Shown here one piece after another: positions 11,602 to 23,629 of a stretch of 34,134 nt of DNA. The notes below the pieces were generated by a model. That model saw only the letters and a program-made list of their open reading frames with translations. It was not told the DNA's origin and ran no database searches. Positions within the stretch are counted from its first letter, which is position 1; each line of letters begins with the position of its first letter. A program made the translations under genes and the position numbers. This stretch comes from Macrostomum lignano (Eukaryota), in assembly GCA_002269645.1 (NCBI GenBank), contig NIVC01002638.1, forward strand, positions 1-34,134. Reading direction: 5' to 3'.

Positions 11602-12941
11602 GTTCCCACCCAGTTAAAAACTATGCATTTGTGTTTATAATTTAACCATACGTGTACATCGTCCTCTTTGTCAAGTATTGACTGACTGCACAAAAGTGCT
11701 CCTTGACGAAGATACATGTGCATGTATTAATACATACTTACCCTAACCTAGCGCGTTTGAGGGGACGATCAAGCTCCTAAACTTTGAAAGTCTGCAGTAG
11801 CGTAAAAGTTTTAACTCTGGGAGCAAGTCTTATTTGTATTGTAGTAAGTAGCCATACTACACTGCTTTTTTGAAAAGTCGATTTCGACTTTTTCAGAATT
11901 GTTGATTCGTTCTATGATCAATCACGTCAAAAGCTTTAAATTTAATTTCAACATTCAAATCTCATTCAAATACTTTTAAATATCAGTCTTACTGACAAGC
12001 TGTAGTTTTTTGTCTGTAAGAATTTTTATTTTGAAATATTATTTTTTGGCCTAAGCATGTAATAAATTAACAAAATTACAGTTTGTTTTTACGAGGCATT
12101 ATGTGAGTAATGAATGAAAACACACAAGATAGAAAGTAGTATGCGGTTCTAGGCAATCGAACCAAATTAGCAGTCTCCCGTTAAGAATTAAACCTACAAT
12201 ACAGGAAACAAGATGAATCTAACATCACCGCATCAATAATAAATGCAATATTGTTTAGTAAGATTTTGATGATTAAACGGAGCTAAATGTTCTAAATGTG
12301 AATTGAATTTAAAATAGCAGCAAAGACCGACTTAAACGTAATAAACGAGTTAGCTAGCAAGACCAAAAATCACATTAGATTAAATAGCGATAAAAAACTT
12401 TACACCTGTTTTAAATTACAGAAATTGAATAAAAATGGCAGGAAGCATGAACAGAACAAGCAACAGAAAGCGAGTGTATAAATCTGAGACAAAAAAAGCA
12501 CGAAATAGGTTTGATGGAGACTGAGATGCAAAAATGCTTTTAAACTAACGGGCTGAGTAAGAAATGCTGGGAATTCTTGAGAATCAGATGGTAAGTTAGC
12601 ACTACAAATGCATAATTTCATAATGCTTAATTATAGAAAATATTTCAAATCTAGAACAAGATTTGATTGTTTTTTTCATAGCCATTTATAATATCCAGAT
12701 TAGAAGTATTTGTTTCGGGCAATTTCAAATATTTGTTTGAAACATACTGCTCGAGGCTTTGACTAAAAGGATTGCTGGGAACAAATCAAATTAGTGGAAA
12801 ATTTTAAGGCAGACCCAAATTTCGATTGACAATACATTTGTATGTTTGCTAAGTCATCAGTTAAGGGAACATTTAAATTCGATAATGTACAGCCAGGGAA
12901 TATTGCTTCTAATTCTCAGGAAATGCAACCAGAAACACAAT

Positions 12942-15900
12942 TCATTTTCTGGCAGCGGCCGCAAATGCGCGACCCTGTTTTAAATTGAGAAACTGCGGCT
13001 TCTTGCCAGCAGCGCCAACGCCGGATTTTTTACTCAACCAGCCGGAACCGGAAGCGCCAGTCGAGCTGCTGCCGGAAGCACTGGCGCCACCGCCGCCGGA
13101 AGTTGACGCCGCTTTTCGCTGCCTGCCGGCACCCCGACCTTTGCGCCACTTCCGGCCGGCAAAGTACTTGGACCGGTTGCCGCTGGCGCCACCGCCGCCG
13201 GAGCCGCTAGCGGACATGGCGACTGGAGCGGACTGGGCGGCCAGCCTTCGCGCCTTCTCCTCGGCCTCGCGCTCCTCGGCTCGCATAGTCTCAGTTAGCA
13301 GTAGGTAGTCCTGAGTAGTGATTAGGAATTTATCAGCGCCAAGATTTTCCACCTTGGCTTGGGTCATGCCGGTGATGGTTAGCAATTCTGTCACTGTGGT
13401 TGGCAGGCGCTCGGCAATCTCGCGCAGGCACTCAGTAGGGAACACGTTAGTGTAGTTCTTCACGCCCTTGTCCATGGCCAACTCTTTGGCTATCTTGGTT
13501 AGATCGTTCAAGCAGCTCTCCTTGGCCTGGGCGTACTTGTCCATTGGCTTCTTGTCGTCCTGATTGGCTGCCGCGGCTCGGTTGGACACCTGCGGCGTCG
13601 GGGATAATTATAGGCGGGGGGTCTTAGGTTGCACACACTGATCAGTAGGATTTTTCGCTTAGATTTTTCATATCCATAAGTCAGAGTCCTACTAGGGCCT
13701 GTGATTGTTAAGCTCGTTAGCTTTATCGCGATTAACGATTAATGTTGAGTGAGTACCGCTAATAGGGGGGGGGGGGGTACCGTAGCCCGGTGATGTAGCG
13801 CGGCGCTCTTATGTACTAGCGGCGCAGGCTCGATTCCAAGTGCAGTCACATTCACACTAATTTGGAGCTAAAAATTGGAATTTCGACTTGGGTTTGCTCA
13901 AGCAATTAACACCAAGCTTCATGGCCAACCCCAAGGCACTTGTGAAGTGTACATGCCTAACGATAAATAAATAAAGTTAGGGCCGCTGTACACTCCTGTG
14001 TGAATGTGTACCTGTGTATCCGCGCGCTTGTGTGCCTGCTCAGGGGAGTGGGCGGAATGGAGCAGTAATGCAAATACCCAAACCGCAACAGACAACTCTT
14101 CCTTACCTTGATTGCCAGCAGAAACCGGTGACCGGGCTGCTGCAGCAGGGCAGAGCGCGGGCCAGGCACGGCATAGGTGAATACGTGGTCGCCCTGGGAT
14201 ACCAGCTCCTCAGCCAGGTACTGATCGCAGATTAGCTTGCGCACTAGGCGCTCCATATCGGAGGTGTTAATGTGGCTGAGACTGCCGTACATGGCGTGAC
14301 TAGTTAGGCCCAGGCTAGTCAACCGGGCATTCTGCAGCCGCCTAAAGAACTGCACGAGCTGGCCGGGCGCCAGTTTAATCCGCTGGCTCTCCAGCAATTG
14401 GCGCACCAGATCAACAACAGTGGTGGCCTGTTTAGTAAAGTCGCGCTCTTCGAACTCGGCCCTATTATTGCAGTTGTCGCAGGCGCAGCCACGCATAGCG
14501 TCGCAATCGGATTTGTCGAAATACTCGCCAAAGTAAGTTAACAGCTGGGCTCGCCTACAGTCGGTGACGTTAATGCAGTAGGACACCATGCTGTTCAGGT
14601 TGCTGTGATGGATCTGCCGGGTCTCAAAACTGCCACCCTGTTCGCCTTCGATGAGGCGCTGCAGACGGACTTTGTCCGAATAGCAGAACAGCAGCAGGCA
14701 GGTGGACGGCCGGCCGTCCCGGCCAGCTCGGCCAGCCTCCTGGTAGAAGCCTTCGATAGACTTCGGCAAAGAATAGTGAATGACGAATCGAACGTCGGCC
14801 TTATCAATGCCCATGCCGAATGCTATGGTGGCGCACACAACTTTACAAGTGGCCTCCTGCAGCCAGTCTTGCAGCACTTCGCGCCTCTTGGTATCGGACA
14901 GGCCGGCGTGATAGGGCCGGGCCTTGATGCCCGCCTTGCACAGGGCGGTGGCCACCTGCTCGCACTCTTTCCTAGACAGGCAATAGACAATGCCGCTCTG
15001 GCTGCGATACGATTTATTAATAGTTTCAATTACTTGGTCAACGCTTTTAGTGCCTCGCTTCTGTTCGACTTGGTAGCGCAGGTTGGGCCTATTAAACGAC
15101 GAAGTGAACCATTTAGTGTCCTGCTTACGCAGGCCCAGCTGCTTCTCGATGTCCAGGCGAACCTGCGGGGGGCATATTGAATTATATATCCACACATCTA
15201 CTATTACGAGTATCTACAGATATATCTATAGTACGCATTTCACTGCCGACAGATCAGCAACGAATTGTTCGCCAACCGAAACCCCAACCCTTAGCCTGCC
15301 TAAACCAAACCCTACCTAACTCTAACCTAAACCCAACCTACCCTAACCTAAACCCAACCTACCCTAACCTAAACACAACCTACCCTAACTCTAATTTAAA
15401 CCCAACCTACCCTAACTCTAATCTAAATCCAACCTACCCTAAACCCAGTCTACCCTAACCTAAACCCAATCTACCCTAACCTAAACACAACTTACCCTAA
15501 CCTAAACCCAACCCACCCTAACCTAAACCCAACCTACACTAACCTAAACCCAACCTACCCTAACCTAAACACAACCTACCCTAACTCTAATTTAAACCCA
15601 ACCTACCCTAACTCTAGTCTAAATCCAACCTACCCTAAACCTAGTCTACCCTAACCTAAACCCAACCTACCCTAACCTAAACCCAACCTAAACACAACCT
15701 ACCATAATAACCCTAACCTAAATCCAACATTCGTCCCTAACCCTAACCTACCCTAAAAACTGAAATCAGAGTAGACGCTCTATTTTGTCACAACTTAACA
15801 TGTAGTTAATCTAGTATCTTGAGATTTCGCCGCACTGTTTTGAGCGAAGCAATTAAACTATAACCATTATTTACAATTTATAGGACTACTGTAAGTATAA

Positions 15901-18056
15901 TACACTACATTTAGAAGCACAACAGGGCCTACCTGAGGCGTAGCCGTCGCAGTTAAAGCCATCATTGGCACATTTGGAAAAGAAGTTCTTAGCCGATTTA
16001 AATTTCGATAATCCTGCCTAAAATCGTGGCCCCATTGGCTGACGCAGTGGGCCTCGTCAATAACAAATCTGTCTAATTTGCCGCGCTGATACAGAACAGA
16101 GAAGCACCGCTGCAGTTTATCAGATTGGCTAATCTTTTCAGGCGTCACATATAACAGCTGCACCTGACAGCCGCTAGAATTAGTGAGCATGGCAAACACC
16201 TGATCCTGCTGCTGCGGCGATATGTCTCCAGTCAGCTGGTAGGTTCTAATGCCTAGAGACGTCAGCTTATTAACTTGGTCGGTGATGAGCGACAGCAGAG
16301 GGGACACCACCACGGTGCAGCCGTCAGTGACAACAGCTGGCAGCTGGTAGCACAGGCTCTTGCCGCCGCCCGTAGGCATCAGCACAAACGTGTCGTGGCC
16401 AAGCAAGCAGGCGTTAATAGCCTGCAGCTGGTTGCGACGGAACTCTTTCAAGCCGAACACCTCTCGGAAGGCGAGCCGCACCCGGTCCGAGTGCGGATAG
16501 GCCTCGCCGCCGAATTCAGCCGAGTGGTCCGGCTGCTTCGTGGCCGCGGCTCCAGCGTGGGCGGGCACGGCGGCGTTAGCCACGGCCGAGGTCCATTTCG
16601 ATTGACGCGCCTCTAACGGCACGTAGTCATCGCCGGCGGTGGCTTCGGCCGCTGTCAGCGTCTTTTTTGGTTTGGGAGGCTCAGCCGAGTTGACTGACAA
16701 CATCGAAGGCTTCGAGGTTGGACAGTCGAAATCGAGCGAGGCACGAATTGCCGGCATTGGCGGCTTATCAGCGACGGCAGCAGCTACCGCAGGTTTAGAT
16801 GCGCCAACAACAGAGCTGGCCGAAGCTGACGCTGTCATCGAAAATGAGGCGTTGATGCCAAAGTCCAGTCCACTGGAGTCGATGGCGCCGCGGGTCCGCT
16901 TGAACAGCGGCTTCCGCTCCGGCTCTGGCAGGGTGGCGGCAGCCGCGGTCGCTTGAGCCGGCTTCGGCTTTTGTTTACCCTCTGTCGCGCTTTTAGGCGT
17001 CTGTTGCTTAGCAACGGTTGAAGTCGAAGCTGACGCGTCGCTGTCTAGATGGCCGCGCAGCTCTCCAAGCAGGCGGAAGACGTCCGTAGCTGACTGGCCA
17101 AACGCGTCGAACAGCTGGCCGGAGGGCAAGTCGCGAACCGCCACGCAGATGCCGCGCATCGACTTGTACACTCGCTTCGTAAGGCGGATCTCCGCATCGC
17201 CTGTACTGTCGTTGTTGTCGGGCGGCGAGTCGTCCTCCTCCTCGACCACATCGGCGGAGTCATCGTCCACAACAAAGTCATCATCGTCGTCGTCGTCGTC
17301 GTTGTCAATTTGAAATTCAATTCGATGGCCGCCGACGTTTTGGTCGTCATCCGAATCCGACTGAATTCGCTGGCGCTTGCGGCCGGTGCTTGGAATTGGC
17401 GTTGGCAGAGAATCGTCGGCATCCAACTGCTGCTGGTTGCCAGCGCTGACAGGCTGGAAGTTCGATGCCGTCTTCAACGAATTGGCGGCGGCTGTCGGTG
17501 CGGCAGCAGTAACAGCAGCCGCCGAAGTAGCGGGCGTTGTCGGCGCGGCCTGGGTGGTAGACGAAAGCACGTCGGATCGATTAATGGATAGCGGCATTCG
17601 AAAGTCGAATTCGTCATCAAAGTCGTCGATGAAATCGGCGTCATCTTCGTAGCCCGACGGCTCAGGCATCGCCGCGGCGTCTGAAGCGGACAGCTGCTGC
17701 TGGGCCCGCTGGGATGTTGGATTGGCAAGAAGATCCACCACCTGTGAGTCTCTGGCATAGACGCTTGACAGCAGAGTTGGCCGGGAGGCCTCTCCGCCGG
17801 CCGACTGTTGCTGATGGTGCACGGGAGTTGGCGGCACCTTGGCTGTTGGCACCAGTTTAAACGGATTGCCGAGACTGCTTGGCTTTGAGCTGGATGCGTT
17901 AGGCGTTGCTTTGCTGACTAATGTCTGCTTCTGCTGCCCTACTGGCCGCTCGCTACTAGCAGCATCCGAGGTCAGTGTAAAGTCCAATATACTTCGATTG
18001 CCTGCGTCACCGCTGGCGCCTGACTTAAAAGATTTAAATGTGAACTTGCGCGACAT
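12942..18056 (-). CDS. BLM: Bloom syndrome-type RecQ DNA helicase, 3 coding exons, 1275 aa model
   Basis: Exons 18056-15933 (CAG|gtaggc), 15162-14107 (cgcag|GTT...AAG|gtaagg) and 13589-12942 (cgcag|GTG...TGA), all phase 0. Motifs: [71 protein letters not shown] Zn site ([12 protein letters not shown]...[12 protein letters not shown]), winged helix and HRDC. The long acidic/disordered N-terminus and basic C-terminal tail fit BLM better than RECQL1/4/5 or WRN (no exonuclease). Confidence 0.93.
13779..14060 (+). mobile_element. tRNA-derived SINE, family B, in BLM intron 2
   Basis: B-box-like GGCTCGATTCC at 13827-13837. The body ATGGCCAACCCC...GTGTACATGCCT.ACGAT...AGGGCCGCTGTACAC...TGTGTGA is homologous to the minus-strand copy at 29950-30276. 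Confidence 0.7.
15280..15756. repeat. Telomere-like (CCCTAA-derived) 21/27-bp minisatellite in BLM intron 1
   Basis: Unit ACCTACCCTAACCTAAACCCA (21 bp), with 27-bp variants carrying an extra CTCTAA. Tandem CCCTAACCCTAA near 15735. Confidence 0.95.
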
Positions 18057-18715
18057 CCTTCCACTACTCTGCGGCTGTTTTTTTTAAGTATTTTCCTAGT
18101 CGCTTTTGGCTGGAAGAAAAGCAGAGAGGTTATAACTCTAACTTGATATTTAAATTGCTCCAATTGGCGATAAATGTCAAGCAACAGTGAAGAATCCCCA
18201 GGAAATAGTTCCTTTTAGTTCACTTCATTAGCTATGAGAAACTGTATCTGAACTTGATGTGAAATTTATTTTAATAACCCAGTTTAATAACATGTAATAG
18301 TGTAATAAGTTAGATAGGATCAAAATACTTGGGATTAGATAGATCACAATTCAATATACTGTGGGTATTTTGGGGATTTCAAGACAATTTGAAATTGGAA
18401 TTTACATAAATTATGCTTTTATGACCAATAAAAAATGTAAATGAATAATTAAATATATATATAATCGATATATTTAACTTAATTTATACCTATATATATT
18501 TAATAGTATAAATTGTCTAATAATACTAATTACAATTCAAGTTTAGCTCTATAGGAGCCTTCAAAGTCTTCATTTAAGATCAATTATGGTCATTATAGAT
18601 TTGATGACCTAAACTGGCTAAACAATACTATTCAAACATGTTTACAATAAGTATATATATGCTTTAACATATGCCACTTTTGAATCTATCCATACTAGGT
18701 AGCCCAAAGTATTTA

Positions 18716-19662
18716 CAAGGGCTGTCCAAAAAGTAGTGTTACTTTTCACTATATCTCTTGTTATACATGCACAACCTTGGGAATCACCTGGCCATTTCTA
18801 TTGGCGACACACACATAAGTTGCTATTGGCTAAGAGCTGTCACGTGACTACTATTCTATCCAACAGCAACTTACATGTGTGTGTTGCCAATAGAAATGGC
18901 CAGGTGAATCCCTAGATTCCCTAGACACCCAAGCATGTCTCTTGTTCTGCTGATCCAAATAACATCTTTGCATAGATTTATAGCAACAACTTTTTTCTTT
19001 ATATTAACTTTAACATTATTAAAAACAGACAATGGAAACAAAAGTTATAAACAAAAATGTAGCAGGACCTTGATCATAGACTTACAGTAATTTGGCAAGT
19101 TAGTGAAAAGTAGCGAAAGTACTTTTGATAGAATGCACTCAGACTTCTTTGTTAGGCTGCTGTGACAAATATATTTATAGAAAAAATTGGAACAGCATAT
19201 GGCTTTTAAAGCAACAAAATATTTCAAACTAGGCTTCAACTATATTGCTGTTTGTTTCCTCAGTTTGCTGCACTAAAATTCCTAGATTTGCATTCAAGTG
19301 TTGCTCAAAGGAGTGTGATATTTACCTTTTGGGGGATGGGAGACAATTGAGCAAAGATTTATGCTTAACTTTCATTGGCTCATGGGTCTATTACAGTCAT
19401 TTTGCAGCATTCCCCGTGGCCAGTTACCCATTTGTCAGCTACCACTTCAAATTTTTATTAACTTGCTTACTTACTATAAGTCTATTGTCCAGTCTTGCTA
19501 CATTTTAGTTTATAACTTTTGTTTCTATTGTCTATTTTTAATGATGTTAAAGTTAACATAAAGAAGAGAGTTGCTACTATAAATCTGAGCAAAATGATAT
19601 TATTTGGATTAGCAAAACAAGAGACATAGTGAAAAGTAACACTACTTTTTGGATAGCCCTTG
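18716..19662. mobile_element. 947-bp Tc1/mariner-type non-autonomous element
   Basis: 47-bp TIRs at 18716-18762 and 19616-19662 (45/47 identical, starting CAAGGGCT), flanked by TA on both sides (18714-15, 19663-64). No transposase ORF recognised. Confidence 0.9.
18779..18912. promoter_or_regulatory. Internal palindrome centred on a perfect CLEAR/E-box motif GTCACGTGAC (candidate regulatory site)
   Basis: ~51-bp inverted arms (18779-18829, 18860-18912) carrying ATTGG/CCAAT and CACCTG/CAGGTG. GTCACGTGAC at 18839-18848 lies at the loop centre, ~780 bp upstream of the BLM ATG. Function is not demonstrated. Confidence 0.35.
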
Positions 19663-22600
19663 TATTATTAGCTAATAGTATGCATACCAAATGCTTACAC
19701 ATACTAGCCTTGAGGCTTGTGTATATTAGAAATTTTTAAGCAGTTTAGCATGATTACCAATGTGAGTTATTGGCACTAAAAAGTTTCAGCAAATTTAGTT
19801 ATATTTGATTTTTTTCTTATTAATAGATAAAGGATAAAAGCTAAAAAATATAATAAAACAGAAATTGATTAAATAAATGTGGAAAATATATTTTTCTAAA
19901 AATGTTTATATATTTTCTATATATTTATAAACACTTACTATGTTTATAGCATTTTATTATGCTGCATTGGCATTTTTTTCTATTTTTCATGATTACAAAT
20001 CATGCCTAGACCAAAAATTTTATAATATTTTATATTCAATTAAATTTTTTGTACTTATCTTATTCCTACAAGATACCTTATAAATATATAGGTTGCAAAT
20101 AAAAAAGGCAGTTATTATTATTATGGTGACTATATAAATTAGTGAGACAGTTATTTTTATGGTCAACACTTAAAACAAATACCATCTAAATGAAGTAACG
20201 AACTTGCAGTGCAAATACTAAGGTGGTTAAATTTAAAAAATAAAGAAATGTGTTATTAATAAATACATTGATACAATGGTAACTTCTAATGGTTCTTGTC
20301 ATAGTAGCATACTTTAGGTAATTGTTAACTATTACATTGTAATTTAACTAAAAATTTTTCCACATGACCATAAATATACATGTGCAACCCCCTGATGCTA
20401 ACTCTAGGCCTAATGCATGCTTCTACAAAGTGCACACTAGGTGTGCACACAAGGACAACTATTTTCTTAGGAGTGATGCATGCTAACTGTGCATGCCTAA
20501 TTTTAGTGTGCAAGGCCAATACATGCCTAAATATTTGGGTATATACAAATGATCTAGAGTGTGGATTGACATAAAATATTTCTACTAGCCTATGTTATAT
20601 ATATTAGGATATACGCTAATATATATTAAAAATGGCAAGTACCTTTCACTTTGTTGTACGCTAAGAAATACTAATGTGTCAATTTCCAAACTATGGCTAC
20701 CAGTATTAGCTACTAGGCCTAGGCCTAGTATATAGACCTACTCTAACTATAGTAGTAAATATAAATATTATAGCAAGGATAAGTAGGCCTATGCCTAAAT
20801 AAAAAGAAGAAATTAAAACATTACCATAATATTAGTAGCATTTAATGGGATTTGAAATTTTAGTCAACCCTAGTACTTGAAGCCTGAAGGGCCTACAACT
20901 TAGTGACTTAAAGATTCATAAATAAAGAGGAAAGCAAACCCTATGACAAGGACAGCATTGAAAACATGGCGTTGGCTTTGTAATAAAAGTCATCATTAAT
21001 TACAATACAATTAACAATACAAAAGTAATTTTTAGTACTTGATCAATTTTAAAAAATATGGTGTTTTTACCATGCAAGTAAAATTAAGCCCTAGGCCTAT
21101 TAAATCACAAATATAAAACAAAAATAAAAAATTACAACTATAAAAAGATTAAAAACCTTAGACATAAGTTAGACTTAGACATTAGGGGACCTAGCCTCGG
21201 GGTTAGGCCCCCCTAGTAGGGCCCTGCCTAGGCCTAATATAATATACAAAAAATAAATAGTTTTCAAAATGAAAGGCCTAACTAACCTAAAATAGGCTTA
21301 GGAATAGATTTTGAAAAAATACATCAATTTTAAAAACAAAAGCAAGGGCAGCTACCTCTTCCCTGCCATCTCCCAGAACTGCTGTTGGCCTAGCTACGCC
21401 TAGTGATTGTGATTTACAATATTCTATAATTAATTAGGCTATAATACATTTTAGGACATTGCTATTAAGTAAGCTAAGGTTATAAAGTAAATATTTATTA
21501 TACTATAACAAAACATGTTTAAATTCTAGTCATGAAGCCTTAAATTTCAGTTTGAGCAATGATAATAAATTAATAATGGATTCTGAGCTGAGCTGAGCTG
21601 GTACTGACCGCGCGCGCGCTGCGACGGCCAGCGCGGCCCACGTTTTAAAATCACTTGCCTTCAAATTCGCGCCCAATTAAGTTTGAAAATTTTACGGAAC
21701 TGGTGGGAGGCTTCCTTAGCAAGCGCCCTCCATGGGAGGCGATTAGGCCTAAGGTTTCCTTAACTGCAACCAAAGAAAATGTGCGGTGATTTTAGACTGT
21801 ATTGTAGGTTCGCTTAGGTCGGATTGGGAGTTTACCCATATAAACTAACACACTAGATACTCTTTCTGATACTCTTTTGCAGTTTAGGGGCCTAACGACA
21901 AAATATTACAGCCCTGGCGAAAGATTATTTGTACCCAAATGCGCAGAATTAATCAAGCAGAATAACCCGTTGGTCTCTCTTATAAGACCACAAGGCCGAA
22001 ATTTCGCAACACCGAAAATACCTGTAAAATATTTCGCAAACATTATACGCTCGTACATACTGTATGTATCACATCAAGACCGAAATTCAAAAGCTCGAAT
22101 TATTATAATGTGCATGCATTATTTATCCTGTCCAACTAAGGCTAGCATAGTATAGTTGCCTACAAGACGGCTATTTGCATCCATCTAAGCGTAATTATAA
22201 TAAGCTAATTATCCCTTCTCACGGGGGACAATCGGCCAATCGCTCTCTACGTTTAAAATATAGAAATTTTATACACAGCAACACCGACATAATATTTTAA
22301 TAGACTCGTAAAAGATGCTGCATTTCAAGTTTCTGGTGTTAATTATCTGTCGGTCGGCTCATGTTCTTTGGCGTTGTGAAATTTCGGCGCTGTGAGTGTT
22401 GTGAAGTTTTCTTCTTTCAACGTGAACTTTCTGGGGTTTTGATCGAAAGCAACCTCATCTGGCACAAGACCAGCGAGAGGTAATGTACGTGCGCAAACTT
22501 CGTGCAGCGAGGCAGCATGAAGGCCAACCTCCCTACGCGCATCGACACCGAGGTTTGCCAGTAACCGTCAGCAACGTCGTCTTCTTGTTGGTATTGACAG

Positions 22601-23629
22601 ACAGCCAGACTACAGCTGCTGCAGCCGGCAGGTTGTCCTGCCTGCAGGCGTCAGGCTCTTCGGCTGGTCTCGAAAGCAGAGCCAGCAGGTCATCCGCGTC
22701 TTGCCGAGAGTCTTAGTTCGCGGTGGGGCTGTGGGCGCTGCCGCAAATCAAGGCGACAGTCGACCCACAGCCAACCAGGAGGTAGACAGTCATGCCCATT
22801 CCCCTGACCATTGAGCACCATGGTCACACTACTTGTGCGCGCTTTTTGCCTTTTACTGCTCGGGGTTTTGGCCCTAATAGGCGTGACTTGCAATACAAGC
22901 CCCCTCGTCAATTTTTCTGCAAATACGACACGCGAATAGGCGATCTGCGCTCTGCGTAAAGACGCACATAATTGGCACAAAATCGAATCTGGACATAATT
23001 CAAAGTACTTTGGCGAGTGAGTAAGACGCCTTAACTGCTGGGCTACTCTGTCGTCCCCTGGAGTAATTGGCTTGCGTCACTTTCAAGGACTTTTCTGTAG
23101 TCTACATCACATGTGCATGTATGACCTGAGCGAGTTGAAAATTACGCTCTGCTGTATTAGAAAAGCAACTGCCAGAGAAGGTCAGAGTTGCGACTCTAAA
23201 ATTAATCACAACTGTTTAAGATGTTATAAGCTGTTCGCAGCCCGTGGTTGATGCGACATGCAATTGCAGCGGCTTTTTTATTTTTTATGTTTCCATATGC
23301 AGGAAACTGTTTTATGCGCGGCGTGTAAGAGTTAAGGAGGGGATAAAGCATTGGAATAATAAACAGTTGTGAATGGATTGCTGACAGAAGATTCCTTAAC
23401 CGCGGGCGCTTTAATAATCACGAGTCCACGCGAGCGTACCGAAGTATGTGCAATAGGAAATTTCAGACATCCGTAAATTTCTATACTCGCAATAAGATTC
23501 AGAACAGAACAGACGGGCGCAACAGACATTGTTCTTCAGATCTTCACAGACCTTCAGATATTGTTGATAAGATCAGTTGTTGCCAAGCGAAGCAGTCGCA
23601 CTCGTGCTGGCGCACTTTTGCCTGAAGCA

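Noticed and set aside
15177-15458. ORF with NPTYPNL repeats
   Set aside because: Translation of the telomere-like intronic array, antisense to BLM.
14014-18087. Plus-strand and alternative-frame ORFs overlapping BLM exons (e.g. 14605-15180, 16275-16616)
   Set aside because: Shadow ORFs of GC-rich coding sequence with no recognisable motifs.
19045-19561. ORFs inside the Tc1/mariner-type element as transposase
   Set aside because: Short, no DDE/D or HTH motifs recognised.
21719-21752. GC-rich hairpin CGCCCTCC-AT-GGGAGGCG followed by CTAA as a Helitron 3' end
   Set aside because: Imperfect stem, no following T and no matching 5' end identified.
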